Source: Bacteroidales bacterium (GTDB lineage Bacteria > Bacteroidota > Bacteroidia > Bacteroidales > VadinHA17). From it: a stretch of 64,000 nucleotides of DNA. The stretch's first letter is position 1, and the number at the start of each line of letters is the position of its first letter. Shown here in pieces: positions 59,347 to 64,000 of the stretch. Location: NCBI GenBank assembly GCA_035390825.1, contig DAOOUQ010000006.1, positions 24,207 through 88,206 on the forward strand, read 5' to 3'. Made by a program: the position numbers and the translations under genes. Below the pieces are notes generated by a model. The model was not told where the DNA came from and ran no database searches. It was given only the letters and a program-made list of their open reading frames with translations.

Positions 59347-60318
59347 TTACTGCCCGAAAAAATAGGAACGTTTTTTCAGAAGGGGATCGATGTCGACGTA
59401 CCTTACTATGCAAAGTTTCGCATTATCGTCAAGGCGTGCCCAAAGCCTGTCTGTATCTTTTTCCGGTGTCCCGTTTTTTACTGAAGTTCGTTCCCAAAGA
59501 ACAAGCTGAACGAGCCCCGTGTCTGATCTCTTAACAATTATCCTGTACAGAGGTTCGGAATCCATTATTTTCCCGACCTGTTCATCATCAAGATCCAAGG
59601 CCCACGATTCAAACGGAACATGGGTAAAATATGACAAATATCTTCTGACCAGAGAAGTGTCCCAGCCGGTCAATTCCCCGGAATTTCCCAAAAGTCTTAA
59701 TTTCCTGTCATTAGCAATAATACTGAAGGATGATTCCGGATCAGAGTTGTTTTCAAGAGTTACTGAAGAAATTTCAGACGGCAGCAGGTTAAAAGCGGTA
59801 TATGGCTGCCAGAAAAGTGCATTCAGTGTAAATGCTGATCCGATTTCAACTTCCCTGCCGGGAACATATACTATAAACGGTTTTGACTTTTCGCTGATCT
59901 TCATGATATTTCCAAAAGCATTTGATGCAGTTTTGTATACAAGAAAAGATTTCAGGGTTCTGCCCTTACCTGTCACCTTCACCTTTACAGGCTTTATCCC
60001 CTTGTCGGTTATCTCTGTCTTAAACAGCTCGGGAGATACAGGAGACTTGATCGCCATCTCTTTCAGGATTGTCAGAATAAAATCGATGCTTCCCTTGCGG
60101 GCTTCATATTTACCGTTAACAAACCAGTTGCCGTCATTGCTGCGTAATGAAAGGGTTGAACTTCCATCGTTGAATTCAATGCCGGTTATTGCTTTGTCGG
60201 AAACCGTTGCAAAAGAAGTATTGCCTCCTCCAAACGGTGACCTTTCCCTGAAAAGCAGGATGATGATTACTGATGCCACAATGGCAAATGCAGCAAGCCG
60301 GGCAGTTTTTATCTTCAT
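59347..60318 (-). CDS. DUF4340 domain protein (GldG-associated)
   Basis: N-terminal TM anchor. It lies 2 bp after gldG on the same strand. Pattern (ITGIEF..DG....L....G.W) matches DUF4340 from memory. Confidence 0.6.
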   Translation of the reverse strand: MKIKTARLAAFAIVASVIIILLFRERSPFGGGNTSFATVSDKAITGIEFNDGSSTLSLRSNDGNWFVNGKYEARKGSIDFILTILKEMAIKSPVSPELFKTEITDKGIKPVKVKVTGKGRTLKSFLVYKTASNAFGNIMKISEKSKPFIVYVPGREVEIGSAFTLNALFWQPYTAFNLLPSEISSVTLENNSDPESSFSIIANDRKLRLLGNSGELTGWDTSLVRRYLSYFTHVPFESWALDLDDEQVGKIMDSEPLYRIIVKRSDTGLVQLVLWERTSVKNGTPEKDTDRLWARLDDNAKLCIVRYVDIDPLLKKRSYFFGQ

Positions 60319-60320
60319 GG

Positions 60321-62036
60321 TCAGAATCTTGTATATTTTCTCCTGCGAAGAAAATTATAGATTAATCCGGCAATTACTACGGCAAGTGCAGGTCCCGCTA
60401 TATTTATTATCTGCCACAAAAGCCTTTCATCCCTTGCTGCCTTTTTGTTGAGGAGTCTCAGCTTGAGTTCTCTTGATCTCAGCTCCATTATACCTTTATA
60501 GTCAACAAGATAATTGAGGCAATTAATAAGAAAATCCCTGTTCCCATACATCTCGCCGGTATAACGGTCGAGGCCAAGAGTCTGAGGAATCTCGGCGCCC
60601 CCCTCTCTTCTGATTTCATTGCGGATTATATCTCCGTCGGCAACCACTATCATTTTTGTATCCTCACTTATATCTCTGACCCTGAATCCCGGATCCTTCA
60701 CAAAACTGTCAGTCATCCGGTTTCTGAAAGCAGACGGAAATTTACCTTCGAGCAGCACAGCGACCGGAAGGCTTCCTTTGTTGAACACCCGTTCGTCGGG
60801 AGTTATCTCGGCTTCTTTCAGACTAATCATAAATGGAGGAGCAAGTGTCCGTGTGAAAGGAGAGGTTGAGAGAAGCACTGTTTTTCTTATTGAAGGATCA
60901 AGGCCCACCGTGTCGATGAAATTGGTAAACTGACCTCTGACCTTATTAAGGCTTCTTGTGACCGGGCTGCCCTGATCAGGAGAAAGCCTGGGAAAATACA
61001 TCCATGGTACAGTCACCGGCTGCTGCCTTACACCGCCGGTCGACATAATGAGTCTGATAAGTGCACAATCAAGATCCTGAACAATGACCGGATTTACCCT
61101 TGCTCCATATCTGAAGAGCTGATCTTCGAGGTTCAGCGGCCTGTAAAGTGCAGCAGTCTGACCATAAACCAGGCTGTCGGCATTGACATTTACCTCATCG
61201 ATGAGCCACAATACCTTTCCCCCGTTCATAACATACTGGTCAATGACAAACTTGTCGTTCTCATTGAATTCCTTTTCAGGGCCCGCAATTACAACAGCAG
61301 CATACTTGTCGAGGATGCCTGGATTGCCTCCTATTACACCCCTGTCAACGGTAAAGAATTTAGTAAGACTGATGGTAAGGTCGGCGACTCCTGCCTCAGG
61401 GATTTCGCCATGTCCCTCAATAAAGGCAACCCTGTAAACAGTATCAGAGCTTAAGGTTGCAATAGGCTGTATCATTTCATATTCAAGGCCCTCTGTCGAA
61501 TGCAGGAGGTTCTCTTCAGCGCTCAGTGAAGGATTGTTTTTAAGAAAATTCACCGGAACCTCAACCCCATTGTAATTTACTATCATTCCGGGAAATACAA
61601 TTTTCTGGCTTGACCCGCCTTCAGAATCACCGGCCTGTATCTCAACCGGGTTCAATCCTTTGACAATCAGCGACTGATACAGGGCATCCCTTTGTTTTGA
61701 ATCATTCCCTTCAGACGGGTTTATGAAATCAAAGTCTATTCTTTTGTGTGATGCGATCCTGAATTCCTCAAGCATTTCCTTTACCGATCGTTTGAGTTTT
61801 TTGAACGGGATGGGCATTTCCCCGTCGAGATAAACCTGGATAAAAATATCGTTCTTAACTTCTTCAAGAACTTTCCGGGTAGGCCCTGAAAGTGTATATC
61901 TTTTGTCCTCCGTAAGATCGAGCCTTATCCTCAAAAATGAACCTGCAATCACGGCGATTATGATCACTGTCACAGTCATTCCAAACTGAAACCAGCTCTT
62001 TGCCTTTATATTTTTCGTTCCACTTTCAGATTTCAT
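60321..62036 (-). CDS. gldG: gliding-motility-associated ABC transporter substrate-binding-like component GldG
   Basis: RLDLTEDKRYTLSGPTRKVLEEV...IQVYLDGEMP..FKKLKRSVKEMLEEF, with a C-terminal TM helix. It lies adjacent to gldF. Confidence 0.8.
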   Translation of the reverse strand: MKSESGTKNIKAKSWFQFGMTVTVIIIAVIAGSFLRIRLDLTEDKRYTLSGPTRKVLEEVKNDIFIQVYLDGEMPIPFKKLKRSVKEMLEEFRIASHKRIDFDFINPSEGNDSKQRDALYQSLIVKGLNPVEIQAGDSEGGSSQKIVFPGMIVNYNGVEVPVNFLKNNPSLSAEENLLHSTEGLEYEMIQPIATLSSDTVYRVAFIEGHGEIPEAGVADLTISLTKFFTVDRGVIGGNPGILDKYAAVVIAGPEKEFNENDKFVIDQYVMNGGKVLWLIDEVNVNADSLVYGQTAALYRPLNLEDQLFRYGARVNPVIVQDLDCALIRLIMSTGGVRQQPVTVPWMYFPRLSPDQGSPVTRSLNKVRGQFTNFIDTVGLDPSIRKTVLLSTSPFTRTLAPPFMISLKEAEITPDERVFNKGSLPVAVLLEGKFPSAFRNRMTDSFVKDPGFRVRDISEDTKMIVVADGDIIRNEIRREGGAEIPQTLGLDRYTGEMYGNRDFLINCLNYLVDYKGIMELRSRELKLRLLNKKAARDERLLWQIINIAGPALAVVIAGLIYNFLRRRKYTRF

Positions 62037-62039
62037 TTC

Positions 62040-62783
62040 TCAGCTGGTTTTTCTCCATTTTCTGGATAGAAGGACAAGACGAGTCGCTTCGTTGAAAATT
62101 ATGACGACGGCGATAAAATACAGAATATCCCTCAGGTCAATTACTCCCCTGCTTATTGACTTATAGTGTTCATTTATCCCGAGCCCTATGATAAACTCAT
62201 CAATTTTCTTAAGTCCCGGAAGATATGCAACCGAGTCAAATCCAATAAAAAGGAAAAAGGAAACAAGCACCGCAATAATGAACGAAATTACCTGGTTATC
62301 AGTCAGGGAGGATGCGAAAAGCCCGGCTGAGGCATAAACTGCGGCCAGAAAAAATAAACCCGTAAACGCCCCGAGAGTCCCTCCTTTATCGATATTCCCG
62401 GGTATTTCACCAAGAAGGTAAACCGATGCATAGTATATTACTCCTGGAATAAGAGCGAGCAAAACAAGGACGACAGAAGCAAAATATTTGCCATAAACAA
62501 TTCCGCGTTCAGTTACGGGCTTTGAATAGATCAGTTCGAGCGTGCCCAACCGTTTTTCTTCAGCTATCATTCTCATTGTCACCGCAGGAACGAGAAAAAG
62601 GAAGATCCACGGAGAAAGGAAAAACAATGTTTCAAGGCTGGCATAGCCGCTGTCGAGTATGTTCCATTCCCCCGGGAAAACCCACATAAACAGGGAGTTA
62701 ATCAGTAAGAACACAATTATCACAATATATCCCGTAAGGCTGCTGAAAAAGCCTGATATTTCTTTTGTCAGGATGGCAAGCAT
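62040..62783 (-). CDS. gldF: gliding-motility-associated ABC transporter permease GldF
   Basis: MLAILTKEISGFFSSLTGYIVIIVFLLINSLFMWVFPGEWNILDSGYASL is a near-canonical GldF N-terminus. It is an ABC-2-type six-TM permease. Confidence 0.8.
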   Translation of the reverse strand: MLAILTKEISGFFSSLTGYIVIIVFLLINSLFMWVFPGEWNILDSGYASLETLFFLSPWIFLFLVPAVTMRMIAEEKRLGTLELIYSKPVTERGIVYGKYFASVVLVLLALIPGVIYYASVYLLGEIPGNIDKGGTLGAFTGLFFLAAVYASAGLFASSLTDNQVISFIIAVLVSFFLFIGFDSVAYLPGLKKIDEFIIGLGINEHYKSISRGVIDLRDILYFIAVVIIFNEATRLVLLSRKWRKTS

Positions 62784-62838
62784 AAAAATGTATTATTCAT
62801 GGCAAAAATACTTAAACGAAGCAAGAAAGATATTTCCA

Positions 62839-63993
62839 TTAAAAATCGTTTTTAACAATTTTTGCATATCTGATATCTGTAATTATTACACCGGGATAAT
62901 AAAATCCTATTATCTCCCTGAATTTAAATCCCCTTGAAGCCATTACCATGGCTCCTTCCTGGCAAAGTCCAACTCCATGGCCGTAACCTCTTCCTTTAAG
63001 AACAATTCTATCTTCTTCCTGCTCAACGGAAAAAAAAGTTGATTTTAGGTTCAGGTCATTTCTTATCCTGGTAAATGGGATACTGAACGATCCGATGACA
63101 TAGTCATTCTGCCTTGTAACCTGAGAAAAGCTGTAAGAGACTTTTTGATTTTTCCCCGGATTAAAACCAGCCTTTTTCAGATATGCCGTCCATTCCGCCA
63201 GCGGGATAGTTTTTCTCCAGGTCGCATTTGGAGAGTGCAGGCAATATGGATCTATCACCTTCCTAACATGAGAATGGGACGAGAGCCAAACGTTATCTGC
63301 CGTGGATGTCTCGCCTCCGCAGTTTGAATGAAAGGCTGAGATAATAAGATTGCTGTCGGGATCAAGTGCAACGAGTCCTTTGGTGTCGAGGGCAGCCTTA
63401 TTTATGGCCTGGTCGGTTGTTGTCCCGCTGAATGCCTGGCAATGTGTCCCGTCACACATGTTGTAATTGTCAATGAGATGACGGCTGAAATGTTTATACA
63501 GGAAAGTTCTGGCCAGGACCGCCTGCGATTTAAGATATTCAGAGTTTCTCCCCGTGCCTCCCTCAGTTCTGACCACGCCTGCAATATATTTCTCAATATC
63601 ACAGATATTTATAAATACCATGATACCCAGATCTGAATGCACCAGGAGATTGCCGCTGTAGGTTCTCCGGAGTTGTGTATTATCGTTCAGCCTGAGCATG
63701 AAAGCACAATCGTCTGTTAATTCTTTCACAATCAGCGAATCACATAAAAAGCTTTTCTCCTGTAAGGTTTTCACTGCGATTTTGTTCTGATACCTGGCAA
63801 ATATTACCGGATCTCCTTCTGATATCTGCACTGGTTTACCGTCAAAAACATCAATTTCATACTTACCCCGGGCAACTGAAAAAACGACTGAAGAAGGGTT
63901 CTGGCCGGCAAATACTCTAACCCTGACCTGACCTGATGCCGGTAAAATCAATGCAAACAGAAGAAGTACTATCATGCCGGGTCTTTCTGACAT
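62839..63993 (-). CDS. SpoIID/LytB domain protein
   Basis: Signal peptide present. Motifs: VVRTEGG, LKSQAVLARTF, CDGTHCQAF, FHSNCGGETS, GHGVGLCQEGA. Confidence 0.75.
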   Translation of the reverse strand: MSERPGMIVLLLFALILPASGQVRVRVFAGQNPSSVVFSVARGKYEIDVFDGKPVQISEGDPVIFARYQNKIAVKTLQEKSFLCDSLIVKELTDDCAFMLRLNDNTQLRRTYSGNLLVHSDLGIMVFINICDIEKYIAGVVRTEGGTGRNSEYLKSQAVLARTFLYKHFSRHLIDNYNMCDGTHCQAFSGTTTDQAINKAALDTKGLVALDPDSNLIISAFHSNCGGETSTADNVWLSSHSHVRKVIDPYCLHSPNATWRKTIPLAEWTAYLKKAGFNPGKNQKVSYSFSQVTRQNDYVIGSFSIPFTRIRNDLNLKSTFFSVEQEEDRIVLKGRGYGHGVGLCQEGAMVMASRGFKFREIIGFYYPGVIITDIRYAKIVKNDF

Positions 63994-64000
63994 ACTCTGT

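Noticed and set aside
59519-60451. A 310-aa ORF on the plus strand covering the whole DUF4340 gene in antisense.
   Set aside because: The minus-strand frame has the TM anchor and family-like pattern and is contiguous with gldG. The plus-strand product is Ser/Leu/Ile-rich and low in complexity, as is typical of shadow frames, and has no recognisable motif or upstream signal. It is long for a shadow ORF, but I see no positive evidence that it is coding.

Overview
This window looks like a compact, mostly core chromosomal segment of a Bacteroidota genome. The evidence for that phylum is gldF/gldG, a T9SS C-terminal sorting domain, a TonB-dependent receptor, many lipoprotein or Tat-exported hydrolases, and little Shine-Dalgarno usage. 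I support about 44 protein-coding genes and three eroded gene relics. I found no rRNA, tRNA, CRISPR array, transposase, integrase or obvious prophage.

Gene content, in order:
- a UvrD-like helicase
- an S8 subtilase plus a four-TM protein
- a SusCD-less glycan block (AGE-family epimerase, DUF5107/TPR protein, two GH2 enzymes)
- secreted peptidases (M16, M1, a Tat-TldD/PmbA pair) and a CotH-T9SS protein
- PBP1A and a TonB-dependent receptor
- an orphan HlyD-type adaptor
- a molybdenum-hydroxylase cassette (XdhC, MocA, IorA, IorB)
- tatA
- an amino-sugar block (SSS transporter, nagA-like, nagB-like)
- dnaN plus an epsilon-like exonuclease
- gldF, gldG, DUF4340 and SpoIID

I did not find a clear-cut novel system. 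The best candidate is the signal-less S8 subtilase with an unassigned N-terminal region of about 220 aa, paired with a 145-aa four-TM protein (4807-6928). It sits next to the longest unexplained non-coding tract (3958-4806).

The strongest direct observations are two long 'intergenic' gaps that are actually heavily eroded genes with large internal deletions: an amidase at 48346-48859 and a YdeI-like gene at 24623-24916. There is also a truncated beta-propeller ORF, and a GC-rich structured island (8331-8450) in an AT-rich divergent promoter region.

All family assignments come from motifs read by eye and from memory. No database search was run.
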